This document shows, piece after piece, positions 40,056 through 51,537 of a stretch of 63,926 nt of DNA; position 1 is the stretch's first letter; every line of letters starts with the position of its first letter. Origin of the DNA: Vitrella brassicaformis CCMP3155. Its lineage: Eukaryota; Protista; Chromerida. The notes beneath the pieces are model-generated. The model did not search any database. It worked only from the letters and a program-made list of their open reading frames with translations, and had not been told where the DNA came from. The position numbers and the translations under genes were made by a program. The stretch covers positions 62,075 through 126,000 of the forward strand of contig CDMY01000123.1 in the NCBI GenBank assembly GCA_001179505.1, given 5' to 3'.

Positions 40056-43000
40056 TCAAAGCGCAATCACCTCCTCTGTACGGAAACTCACAGAAGGCTG
40101 ATCACATGTATCTAAAGCTTTATCACCTCCGTATGTGTTTTCTTCTTGTGATTCGACTCTCGCTGCTGCTGCTGCTGCTGCACGGGGGTGGCAGAATTTG
40201 CTCTCTCGGCCTCTGTCCGCTTGATCGACGCCAGAACCTCGCCGAGTATATTCTTCAGAGCATTGTCCACCTTTGCAAAGGGGACAGAATCCTGAAACAC
40301 ACAAAGAAGCTCGTCTCTCTGGCCGTTCTACAGCTGTGCTGACCTCTGGCCTGGTCCCGGCAAGCTTGATGACCTCATTCCAGACATGTTGGGCGACTCT
40401 CGCGGCGTACGGATGCTCTCGATCGTCAGGCCGAGGCACGATGAATATGTCAAAGAACAGCTAACAACAGCAACCAACACACATACGTGGATTTCGTGTA
40501 GATGGCGACAGACAGATACCTGTCTGTTGATTCTGTGTCCATCTGTCGCATTGTTCCCCTTCTCCCTCTGCCGTCCACTCTCAGGTATCCCGGCTCCAGC
40601 CGCCAAGAGCCCGACAGGCTGACAAACTTAGTGTCGTATGTCTCCTTGTTCGACGGCTGCTTCGGCGGTTCTTGCATAGCTTTTGGAGCAGCTGCAGCTT
40701 GGGCCGCCTGAGAGGCAGGCGAGAGAGAAGCTATGCAGGTAGGCAGGCGAGCATCAATCAAGTGCGTGCTTGTTACCGCGGGGTGTTTGCGTTTCTTGTC
40801 GTCTCTCTTGGGGCGGGGCGGTGGTGTCGGCGGCCGTTCTGTGACGCCGCGGTCGGACGGCTCACGCGCGCTGAGCTTCTTCTGCTCTGTCACTGCCTTG
40901 GCCTGCTGCTCGGTAGTCAGCTTCTCTTGCCTTGTCGGTAGGGGTGCCACGGACGCGAATTTCAGCAAGTGCAGGAGCTACAAGTCGACACGGGCGCGTG
41001 CTAGTGAGGTGCTGACAGCGGATTTGAACTTCTGCCAGTCGCTGTCGCCGATGCCGTCACAATATGCCTCTATCGATGTCAGCTCTTGATGCAGCGACGG
41101 CGCATTGAACTTGCACGCCTGATGACCAAGAGAAACAGGAAGACACGATTGAGCTGTATGACCTCGCTCTTGCCTTGAGTTTTTCCTTCAGATTGTCGAG
41201 GACTGTGGCAGCGCTGGCGACCGACTGTTGTTGTCTGCGTGAAATGGTGTGCCACAAAATTGAGAGTAGCAGCTGGAGGAGTTCAACCACCACCTGACGA
41301 GCGCAGACAACGGATACACCAAAGAACGCTCACGGCTCCTGCAGCCTGTCTCACCGTGCCAGTGTTCCGTTGATTAGCGGGGCTCTTGAGCTTGACTGCG
41401 TTGGCCATTAGTTGCGTCTTGCCCTTCTGCGAATTGAGATGGGACACCTAGCTTCTCAAACGGTCGTTGTCGGCTGCACCGGTGGTAAATAGAAGTAGAA
41501 AGGGTGAAAGAGGATGTAGTATACGCCAAGGGTGAGACGCTATTTGTCTGTGCACTCACCTCTGACTCGCTGCTCTTCAGTCTCTTTCTGCTTGATTGCT
41601 TTTTCTCTTCGCTGTCTGTGGCAGGCGCACATGGCCAGATGCAATGAATGCGAGCGCCAAGTGGGGTAAGATTCTCACTCTTGTGCGAGCTCAGGAACCT
41701 TGTGTCTCATCGCCGTGTCCCTTGCAGCCAAAAACCTCCTAACCTCGTCAAAGGCATCGCCCTGCATTTTGTCGATCTTGTTGCGCGACACACACACACA
41801 TTCGCAAGATAATGAGTGCATCGATCGACGATCCGCCCGACTTGAGGGCGGACGCAAACTCACCTTGCTGAGAAGTCTCTTGGTTTGCGCGGCAGTGAGT
41901 GGCTGTTTGTCAAGCTTGAGCAACATCGTGTCGATCACACGCCTGCAGGGCCTGGCCTTCGTATCGAAGCCCAGGGCATACTCAAGTGCATTCGTGCCTT
42001 CTTGCCATTTCACGTGCTGATCCGGCCACACACGATGTCCCATAATAGATGGCATCTGCGACAGGGGAAAGACAATACGAAATGACGTGATTTGTATCCC
42101 ATGCACACATGCGGGTGACCTTGTCGATCAGAGCCAGGAGGATACGATGCAGATTGTTGTTCCCACAGTCGTGGAGACAGTGGTAGATGGTGTAGGTCAA
42201 GAGAGTGAAGAGGCGAGATGATGTTCGGAGGGCAACAAAGCGGCGCTTGGACTGCAAGGACGTAATGTCAATTGATGATAAACCTTTTGCAAGTTCCTCA
42301 GCGATCTGCACCCCACATGCCGCGATTCAAATGTCTGCAGCCTCGTCGAGTCGTGCCAGCTTTACCCGATACTGTTTTGTCTCCACAGCGAGCACAAAGA
42401 GGGGCATCAGCATCCGAGATGGAGGTCGGCCTAGCGCTTGTATCTCTCTCACCCACAAGTCCTCGTTGCTTTCTATCAGCCGAAGCAGAAGCCCCGTGTT
42501 GGATGGCTCATCGCCATATCTGCGTGCCAGTAACTCATCGCTTGGCCTTATGTCAAGGTCCAATGAGGATGGAAGGGACTGGGGGTTGATGTAGGGTAAG
42601 CGCATGTCATCCACAATAGCAAAGGAGAGATCGGAACGTGACTGAGAAGTCGCCACCATTTCAAGCCATCCTAACCAGGAAGCCGCACATGCCGATAATG
42701 AACAAGCTTCCTCTCACTCGTACCTTTTTGACCACAAGGAAGTGGACAATCTCAGCTGCCTTTTCCTTGACGGCTTCGCTCAAAAGCTTTGTACCACCGG
42801 GGTAGCAGGGCTGGGAAAAACCAAGTAATTGGCCACATGCGTTGTCCAATCAATGACGTCCGCGTGCACGGTTTCGTCTTACCCTGAATTGTATAGTGAA
42901 GACGTGACTGTAGGGGCTGTCTAAGAAGGTACGGACTAGTTCTGGGCTCCTTTGAGCAATTGCATAGCATAAAGCGGTGCGGCCCAGTGAGTCTCTGAGT

Positions 43001-44488
43001 TGCATGTATTCGTCTCTGGCTGAAGAAATGCGGCCGAGATTGTTCAAGAGGATCTTCAGCGATGCCACATTATCGGACTCCATCGCCGCCAAATGAAGAA
43101 TCGGCTGAGAGCAGGACAGAGCCATTTACAGAGAAGCCATGCAGATCCAAAATCCGTGACATCGTGTCGTACCCGTGTCAACCGTGATGGTGCAAGAGGG
43201 TCTTGCGCTGAGTCTTTGTAGATGTGCTCTGCCACCTTGTTGAGAAGGTTGTGCGCCTTGACAAAGGAGAACAGCTCCGAGAGAAGCTGCACACATTTAA
43301 AAAAGTGCCCGCCCATGAAGGCCATCAAATATACAACATACATACTTGTGCGTTGCCCGTCTTGACAGCAAGATGAAAAACATTCCACTTCTTCGGGTCC
43401 TGCTGAGTGAGAATCCGTTCGATGCGCGACTTCGGCTCTTTGGCCAACAGAGTCAGCAAATGTCGCACAATATCGATATTCTCTAGTTCGACTGCCATGC
43501 AAACAACAGAGCAGCGCTGTTTAGCTGCAGTGTAATGCACTTTGAAGTGCAGGCCCGTGTCTCTTGCATCTTTCTGACCGGCGATCATCAGTGAGTTTCG
43601 TGACGTGTTTCGTGGAAGCTCTTGAAAGGGGTCTGCTTTGTATTCGTCTACCATGATTTTCACGACATCTAGATCGCCGCCATGAATGGCGTATTGAACT
43701 GAAGTCTTGACCTCCTGGTTGACTTCCTGCTTTAGGCCCTCGTTTTTCATGACTTTTTGCACAACTAAAGCATCGCTTTGCTGCAGTAAGGTGATGAGCC
43801 GCACTTTCCCTCCCTTTGCTGATTGGAGAATGGCGGCCACCATTTGTGCATTGCCTTTTCTGACCAAACAAGGACGTAGCAAGGAAGAGAAAAATTGAAT
43901 GATCCCCAGAAGCTTTCTTTGTACTGCGCAGCGAAGATGAGGGGGACACACAGAATCTCCATGCTGTCCGCACGAGACGGATACTGTTTCTTCGTTTCAG
44001 ACAGCAAGAGCTCAAAGATGGCTGCCTGCTGGCCCGTTGTTCCCATTGCGCAGTACGTCAGGGCATTGTGGATGTTGTTCGTCTCAGAAGGCTCGATGTT
44101 TTGGATAGGGTTAGATCCTTCGGCAAGCAGGAATCTTACAACCTCCACATTTCCGGAGGCTGCACTCACCATACAGACGTATGCGGTATGGTCAGACATC
44201 GGTCAACCGAGCTGTCAACCGTCGAAGACGGCCACCTGTCTCTCAATCGCTTACCTGCAGCTTTCATGACTGCGGTTTCCTTGGTCTGCTTGTCTTCTTC
44301 CCTCAGACGGCCCGCAAACAGCTCAGCGCATATCCCAGTGATCTTTGCTTTGATGTTAGAGTCAATGTTACGACGGCCGTTGGTGGTCTCCAAGAAGCAG
44401 AGGTCGTTGTAAGCGCTGCTGATCCATCGTAGTGCATCCAAATTGTCCTTTTCGGACGCGAGAATATGCAGCGGCTGCCTTGACACAT
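40056..44488 (-). CDS. Ankyrin-repeat region plus C-terminal exons; probably the 3' part of the same gene as the upstream papain-family protease
   Basis: Spliced ankyrin repeats: TAVMKAAASGNVEVVRFLLAEG, PLIFAAQKGNAQMVAAIL, SVQYAIHGGDLDVVKIMV, NVFHLAVKTGNAQ, PILHLAAMESDNVASLKILL and GRTALCYAIAQRSPELVRTFL. The 3' end is ambiguous: TGA at 41456-41458, or continuation to TGA at 40056-40058. Confidence 0.7.
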
Positions 44489-44538
44489 CTGCATGTCATA
44501 TCACACATAACGTCACTTACTAAATGATGCAGATGCAA

Positions 44539-47500
44539 TTATGTGCATATTTTTGTTTGCCAACCCTCAATTGTGGGCACATCAGCTACAGACAAAGAGA
44601 CAGTGGGAGACACACAGACACCCATGCATGATGGAAGGTCATCTTTGCTTTTGGTCTCTTACCAAAGAGCGCCTCACGAATGTCAAATATGGACATGAGG
44701 TTCTTCAGGCGAGCACTTTCTTGGTTGTCTGCCTTTCTCTTCGATTCAATGATGTCCTGCATCTCATCGTAGAGCAGACGCCTCCTGAAAATACCATCAC
44801 AGGAGACAAGAAAAGGTATGCAATGCAGAGGTGCTTTCTTACGCTGGCTGCAACCATAGGCGCTTGTCCAATTCGACATTCTGATGAGATGTAACAGCTT
44901 TGGCAACCTTCATTAGAGGACTTAGTCCTTCCAACATGTCTCGACAGCTCTCTTCAAGCGTCTTGCCTCGAATGTCCTTCAAGTCGAGGTAAGACGGCGG
45001 GGTGAAGTACCATTCGAAAGTCTTCAAAGCCTGCTCGGAGCCCTCGAAGCTGACTTGGACACGAAACAAAAGCTGAGAAAGCAAAATACAACAATCCATT
45101 ATCATACAAGGACCTTTTTCTGTTCTCTACCCGTCCGTCGGCCTTGCTCCGGACAGCCAAAGCCTGCATTTCGCTAAGACAAAGCTCCATATCGATGCTG
45201 GTGCAGAAAACGGCTCCTTTTGCACAGCCCAACGGCTTGGGCTGTGTCTCTAGTGGCTTGAAGTTTTTGTCAAAGTCGAGATTATATGCTGGCTGCAAGA
45301 CAAGAGCAGAGAGAAGCAATGCAAGTAAACACCCGCTTGTAAAGCATGATGGGGTCGCATCTGACCTGCATCTTTGCCGACCGCACTTGGCAGTTCCGTG
45401 TGCACTTGATCTGGGAAAGGGAGAGAGGCGATCATGTGTGCAAAAATCACCGAATACTGACGCGTCAGTTTTCGTGCGCTTACATTGATTGTTAGCAGGT
45501 CACCCTTCCCTTCACACGAAGTAGGTGCCGTCTGAATGAAGATAAATTGCTGATCCCACATAGCTTGAGGCGATAAGGGCGGCGGTACAGCACTGGCTTT
45601 TGTCGGTTCTTGTGCCGCAAGTTGTGCGTACAAGTACTGAAGTGGTGAATGACAGTGATGCCGGATCTCCGTTTTCTATCACTTGGCGGCACCCCTTTGC
45701 CTCTGCCTCTTACCTTGACAGAAGATTCGATCCCACATTCGTCGCGACCTTTCACTATGTAAAAATACCTGTGGGAAAGGCACCACACACAAGAGGGTAA
45801 GCCCTGCGATGAGTAAGCACATACAGACATAGTTCATCATGAAATCTCACCCCCGCTGCCCCCATTGTGGACCCTGATAATGTACAGGCAGGCGCAGATG
45901 AGTGATGTGAGCATATGGCATGCACAATGGTGTCTTTCTTCTCACCCAACTGTTGCGCACGATCCAGTAAGGCGTGCTCCCCTCGCCCCATCCAACAATG
46001 ACAACTGCATGACTTGAAGTAAGCGGAGACACACGGTCCCATTCATAGATCCCGCTGCGATATCGTTGAAAGTCCGTATGATGGTCTATTGCAGCATAAA
46101 CCGGGCCATATTTGTACAGCTGAATGACACACGAAGTGCACGGCCAGTTCATAAAAGCGTTTACGGTTTACCTGCAGCTGAATGCACTTGCAGACGTCCT
46201 CATGCCTTAAGTGTCTCTTAAGGGAGGCGTCATAGTTGCGAATAGATGGGCAACTGAAATAGGGGGCTTCGTGCTTTGGGTCGGCTCGGCCTTGCTTGAC
46301 AAGCGCTGGTACACTGACGGGTCTCCACAGTCGCTTGATATGGGCGTCGTCAGGACATTCAGGCATCGCTTTGCTACAGATACAGGCGTCTGTGTATGTG
46401 CATAGACTTGCAGACAACGTGACGATACTTACGAGGCACTTTTGCATATTTCCCCCCAAGCTGGTTGTCCACCATTTCCGCACGAAAGACGGTACGGCAT
46501 GTCTTCCTCTGGCAAGGCATGAGGGACGTAATTGACGATGTGATCCTGTCATGAAATCAAAGCTTACCCAGGGCAGCGCATGCTGATGCGTACCGCTCGA
46601 AAGCAACGTGTGGGTTACCTGCAGAGACACAGAGCGACCACAGTGACAACCTTGCATTTATGACATGCATGATTTCCACCCGCTGACCTCCATTGCAGTG
46701 CTTGGTGATACACCTCACGAGATCTTGAGGCGAGAATGTAAGGCGATGTGATCCGTCAGCTTGCTGCCTAAGCATCGTCTGTTTGCTTTTCTTGCCAGCC
46801 GCGAGCTGCTGCAACTCAAGCACACAGACGCGGTTTGCGAAGACAGATGCTGCGGTAAAAGCCCAACACACGCCGCATTCCCCCTGATTCTGTGGGAGCT
46901 GATTTGGTCGAGCCTTGAAGCACGCGTGCCACGGGTGGTCTGCCTTCAGTGGATTCCATTCTTTCGGAACCTTGTCATTGAAGCCCACTCTCTCAATCGA
47001 ATAGTCAACGACAAAAAATTCTGTCGTATTGGTGGATCCCAGCGTAGATAAAAAGGACTGCTTTTGGGGCCCTGTGTCTCCTGATTTTCCGTACAGAAGC
47101 TGGTCGTAGTGTTTGTGTGCATCGAAGGCAGAGTCGCTCCAGAGATGGCTGCACAGCTCGATTGTATCGGGCAATGTCTCCTGACAGTAGAACTCTTCGT
47201 CACACTTAGCGGTGCCTCGGCACTTGAAAGCAGCAGTGCTCCCTCGAGCTTTGCATATGATACCCTCTTGCTGCCTCTGCGAGCATCGGAAGTCCCATTG
47301 TGCGATAGGTGCTGACTTATCATCAGACGGTAGAAGCGCATATACACGCTGAAAAGAGCCTGTCCCTCCTCCACATCCTTTGCCCCTGTGAGACAGCTGG
47401 AGGTCGAGCTGCACTTCTGTCCCCTCCGGCACTGCTCGAACCAAAGCACCGAGAACATTCTGCTCACTGATGCTGATCCGTTTTCCAGGGCACTCCTTTG

Positions 47501-48223
47501 TGACTCGCTCGAAATAGCCGTTGACCGCCCTGAGTGCGTCGGCGACAAGCGCTTCCCTGCGGGGCAGAGGAATGGGCGCATCTTCCCTCTCGAGGTGGAT
47601 GCTCTCCGCCGGTGGGAAAACGTCGTCAAGCAGGCATAAAATCCCCGTTCGATTTCCACGATATTGGCATCATTCTTCTCGGTCATTTTCTTCTCGATGA
47701 ACGCCATGACGATGTCGTCATGGGTCTTGCGGTTGAGTGATTCGTCCTCAGCTGCCGCGACACTGCGCTCCGAGGGCCGAAGAAGCACGTACAGCTCCCC
47801 TCCCGTCGACTCAATTGCCAGAGTGCCCTCGTCCGTCTCACGTATTGTCTCAGTGACTTTTTGTCTTGAAGAGGGGCAGTAGATGACGTGCAGAAAGTCC
47901 ACGTCCTCCGCGTCGACGGGGCCCAGCAGACTGCCCTCAGCCGTTCTCTTCAAGTTGATCAGAGAGAGCGCGTGGAAGAATGCCTCTCGGACGCCCCTCT
48001 CTTTGCCTTTCTCCCACAGCGACTGGGGAGTATCACCTCGAGTATCACTGCCCTCGTTTGGAAACCATACTTGCACGTCGTCGGCCTTGCATTTGAGGTC
48101 GACTCCTGTAAGTCGTTCGAGATGGGCCAGCAACTCAAAGGCGTTTGGTAACGGCTGCTCTGGCTGCTGAGTGCCGATTGCTTGTGAAGAAAGCAGAAGG
48201 CCTGCGAAGAGGGCCAGCATCAT
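44539..48223 (-). CDS. Secreted papain-family (C1A, cathepsin B/C-like) cysteine protease with long N-terminal region and C-terminal extension
   Basis: Signal peptide MMLALFAGLLLSSQAIG, QNQGECGVCWAF (oxyanion Gln, catalytic Cys ~46866), LYKYGPVYAAI, SHAVVIVGWG (His ~46010), YWIVRNSWG (Asn ~45953) and GYFYIVKGRDECGIES, joined by canonical GT-AG introns. One frame change around 47500-47670 needs an intron whose donor is not obvious. Confidence 0.85.
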
Positions 48224-48308
48224 TCACGAGCCGACGCCGCCAAGCGAGCCGCCAATCTCGCGGGGACGCCCCCAGAGCCCCCCCGTCTCCCCTGTGCATG
48301 TCCTCGCG

Positions 48309-51287
48309 ATGGCCTCCCGCCACAGCATGACGTCGCCCCCCGACACTGACCGACCAGCAGAAGGACGGGAACTCGAAGAGAAACGCCGTGCTCGAGTCCA
48401 ATCCAAGTCGGTCTCCCTTCCCCGTTCCCGACAGGTTGGCCATTCGGAGGATGAGGCCGCAGAAGGGCCGCATGAAGAGCTGCTGGCAACGATAGGTGGG
48501 ACAGATTGATCGCAGTCACGAGTACACAGTAGCCCCGAGTGTCTGGGGTGTGTGCTGATTCAGAGGTTCTGGCTGACAAGCGGTGGGTGTCTTCTGAGAG
48601 AGTTTGCATACACCTCACAATCAGCCCACAAGTGTGTGTTCCTTCAGGGGCCAACTGAGAGAGTTCTTCAGTGAAGCCGTCTTGGCCAAGACTGTGTACA
48701 TCCACCTCTCAGATTACATCGTCACTGTCGAGAAGGCACGCGGGCTCCTGCGGGGTGAGTGTAATGCACGGTGGCCCCTCGTCACACACACGTGTGCGTG
48801 TCTTGCTGATTTGTATGTAGACAATAGACTGACCCCAGAGGTAGCAGCGAATACTGAGGGGAGCATTCGCTGCCTTGATGCTTATGTGCGTCCAGGCTTT
48901 TGAAGTATGTTCACAGCGCATCCGACACCTGACGGAGCATTTTCAAGACGAATGGACAAAGGAGCAAAGGTCTGCCGCGGTGGTCACTGGTGCTTGACGG
49001 ACCTTTCTATCGTTTTCCCGCCCGCTCAGGTCCCTCTACTGGAAAATGCTGAGGTCCCTCTTCAGCGCAAGATACGCGACAACTGCAGAGGTGAGGCGAG
49101 GAGAGAAGCAAAGCCAATTGGCCATCATGGTAGGGATCTCTGCCTCTTCATCAGGACACGATCGACAATGACGGTGTAGAGGACCTAGAAGACCGGCCTT
49201 TGGTGAGATAAATATACCTCTTGTCATTCATCAAAGGCCTGGTGCTTCTTTGCAGGACATGAAATTAGCAATGCTCGCTCGCGGCCTCAGCAGTCTCGAA
49301 TGCAAGCGTCACACGACTGCCGTTGTGTCTGTCTCTTCACGGATCATTGTGTATGCAGTGTTGGCCCATGGCATCGAGACTGAGAATCTGATGGAACAGC
49401 GAGATGATGTGTCGGGCCACACGTCGGTGGCGACTCAGTCGAGACGAACAACGAAGACGCCCGCCGCTGATGATGCATCGTACATGGAGCAGCACCATGC
49501 GGCGATGACAGATAGAATCGGTACGAAAGAGACACAAAGGATCACGGCCCTCCTGCATGCTTTCTTCTGCTGTTTTTGTGTCCGCTCTCAGCGTTCTTGC
49601 AGCGATTGCTGAGGGGAGAGGACCGTGGCAACGAGTTGGACTCGCCAATATTGGTAAGGGCGAAGCACAGTCAGACATATCTGAGGAGGAAACGTCCACA
49701 ATCCCGTTTGTGTGGATGCAGGGTGTAGTGGGTCCAACGGGGTTTGAAGTTCCCAAGCTCAAGAAGGCTGGGACGCAGCTCGAGACCCTTATCGTCACTG
49801 CATCTGACAAGATGAGGGGTGAGGCGAGCACTGCACGAGATGTCTGTCACATCCTCCCCCTATTCATACGTGTGCTTCGCTTTATGGATCCACCAGAGGA
49901 GCTCAGGAGAAAGAGCGCGGCCGCCAGCAGCGAGCGCCCACACACATCCGCCCAGCCGTATAGCCCACACGTCGGATTCTTGGGAGACCTCAATGCGCCC
50001 GACGGCAACGACAGCCGCATGCTCACCACGCCCCGTGGGCGAGAGATGGCCCAGAGGATCGACGAGCTGGCGCACATGCATGCCATGGGTGAGCCGGATG
50101 AGTTCTCGAGTGACAGCGACCTGTCGACACCAAGGCCAGGGAGACGTGTTCGGTTGGTCGAAGAGATGGATCAGGGGGATGGCGAGCCTCATACAGAGAC
50201 GGGAAGGCAGGAAATGAGGCGGTGCTTCAGCGTCGAGGGCCTTCGCAATAAGAAAGTACTCAGTCGGCGGATGAGTACCCTACCGGTAAGCAAGCGGCTG
50301 AGATGCAAGTATCATGCCGTCAGGCACACCGGCAAAGGGTAAATTACGTAGACAGACACGGCGAGCAAAACGCCTGTGAGCAATCAGTGTACGCGTCTGT
50401 CGTCTTTTTCAGGTCTTATTCGTCTCTCGATGAGGTCGCGGCAAGCCGCAAGCAAGACGCAGACTATGCCGACTCCCTCTGGCGCGTGGACCACCATGAA
50501 AATCGGAGGCAGGTGCCGCCTCTCGACCTCAGGAGCATACACCTCCGCCCTCATGCACCAGCCAAACAGCCAGCTGTGGAAGCCGCCAGTGCCGCGACAG
50601 CGGCAGCAGCAGCAGCAGCAGCAGCCGTAGCTGCAGTGGCTACTGCTGCCAGGGAGGCCTCCCCTCATCCGCCACTTCAGGAAAGCCGACAGTATTGCGG
50701 CATGAACCTGGCCAGCTGCATGGTGCTCTTCACGTCGTGCTGGTCAAGGCCAGGCAAACCACAAAACGAGAGACCAGGTGCTGATGCACCGGCCAGTGGC
50801 GGCGCCGGTCTTCTTCCCGTTGCGTCAAGGGAGCTGCAAAGCACCGGGGCTGCAGCTGGGCTCATGGACGTGACAAGAGCGCCTGAGATTTCCAAGGACC
50901 GGCAACCTCTCAGAGACGAGACGAGGGACGGGAGACACAGACTGGTCTGACTTGAGGTCGGCGAGAGACACACCCATCCAACGCGAGATGCTGAAGCGCA
51001 TGTCTGTCTGTCTGTCTGCACCGTGTGACCGTGGACAGGCCCAGACGGGGTGCAGGAGCAGTGAGACGAGCCAGAGAGAGCTAGACAATAGGCCGTGGCA
51101 ATTGGGCTTCAGCGATGAAGTAATGACCAATCTGGTGGACGTTTTGACCGAACGCGTTCGTGACAGAGTGTGTCTCTCTTGGGACGTGCCATTTGCATGT
51201 GATTGTGGGAAGGAAATGAGAAGCGTACATCTTGAGAACTCTCACTTTCTTGCCTGTGTCCGCATAGCTGCACGTGTCTGCGTGTAA
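48309..51287 (+). CDS. Hypothetical multi-exon protein, Ser/Arg/Ala-rich
   Basis: ATG at 48309 (MASRHSMTSPP). A chain of short GT-AG exons (GQLREFFSEAVLAKTVYIHLSDY, DMKLAMLARGLSSLE, EELRRKSAAASSERP) gives no recognisable domain. The 3' end is uncertain (50950 or about 51290). Confidence 0.55.
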
Positions 51288-51537
51288 TTCATGGCCATCC
51301 ATGGATTCCCGGCCATCAACGTTGAGTGAGCTTCATGTCTCTTGACACTACACACGATATACAGGCAAATCCAAGGACAATCGTACATCTCTGTCCTTAG
51401 CGCAAACAACGCAAAATCCGTAGCCCTCTATGCAAACGTGCCAGTCGAATGCATTGGCAGCATTGCCCGTAAACACTAAGGATCCTCTCCCGCTCAGAAG
51501 CAAAATCAAAAACGCCTACTCATTTCCTTCCCGACCC

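Noticed and set aside
41448-41458. Apparent second in-frame stop (TAG) in the ankyrin gene
   Set aside because: The TAG can serve as a splice acceptor with a frame-consistent upstream exon, or the gene may simply end at the TGA at 41456. Recoding is not needed.
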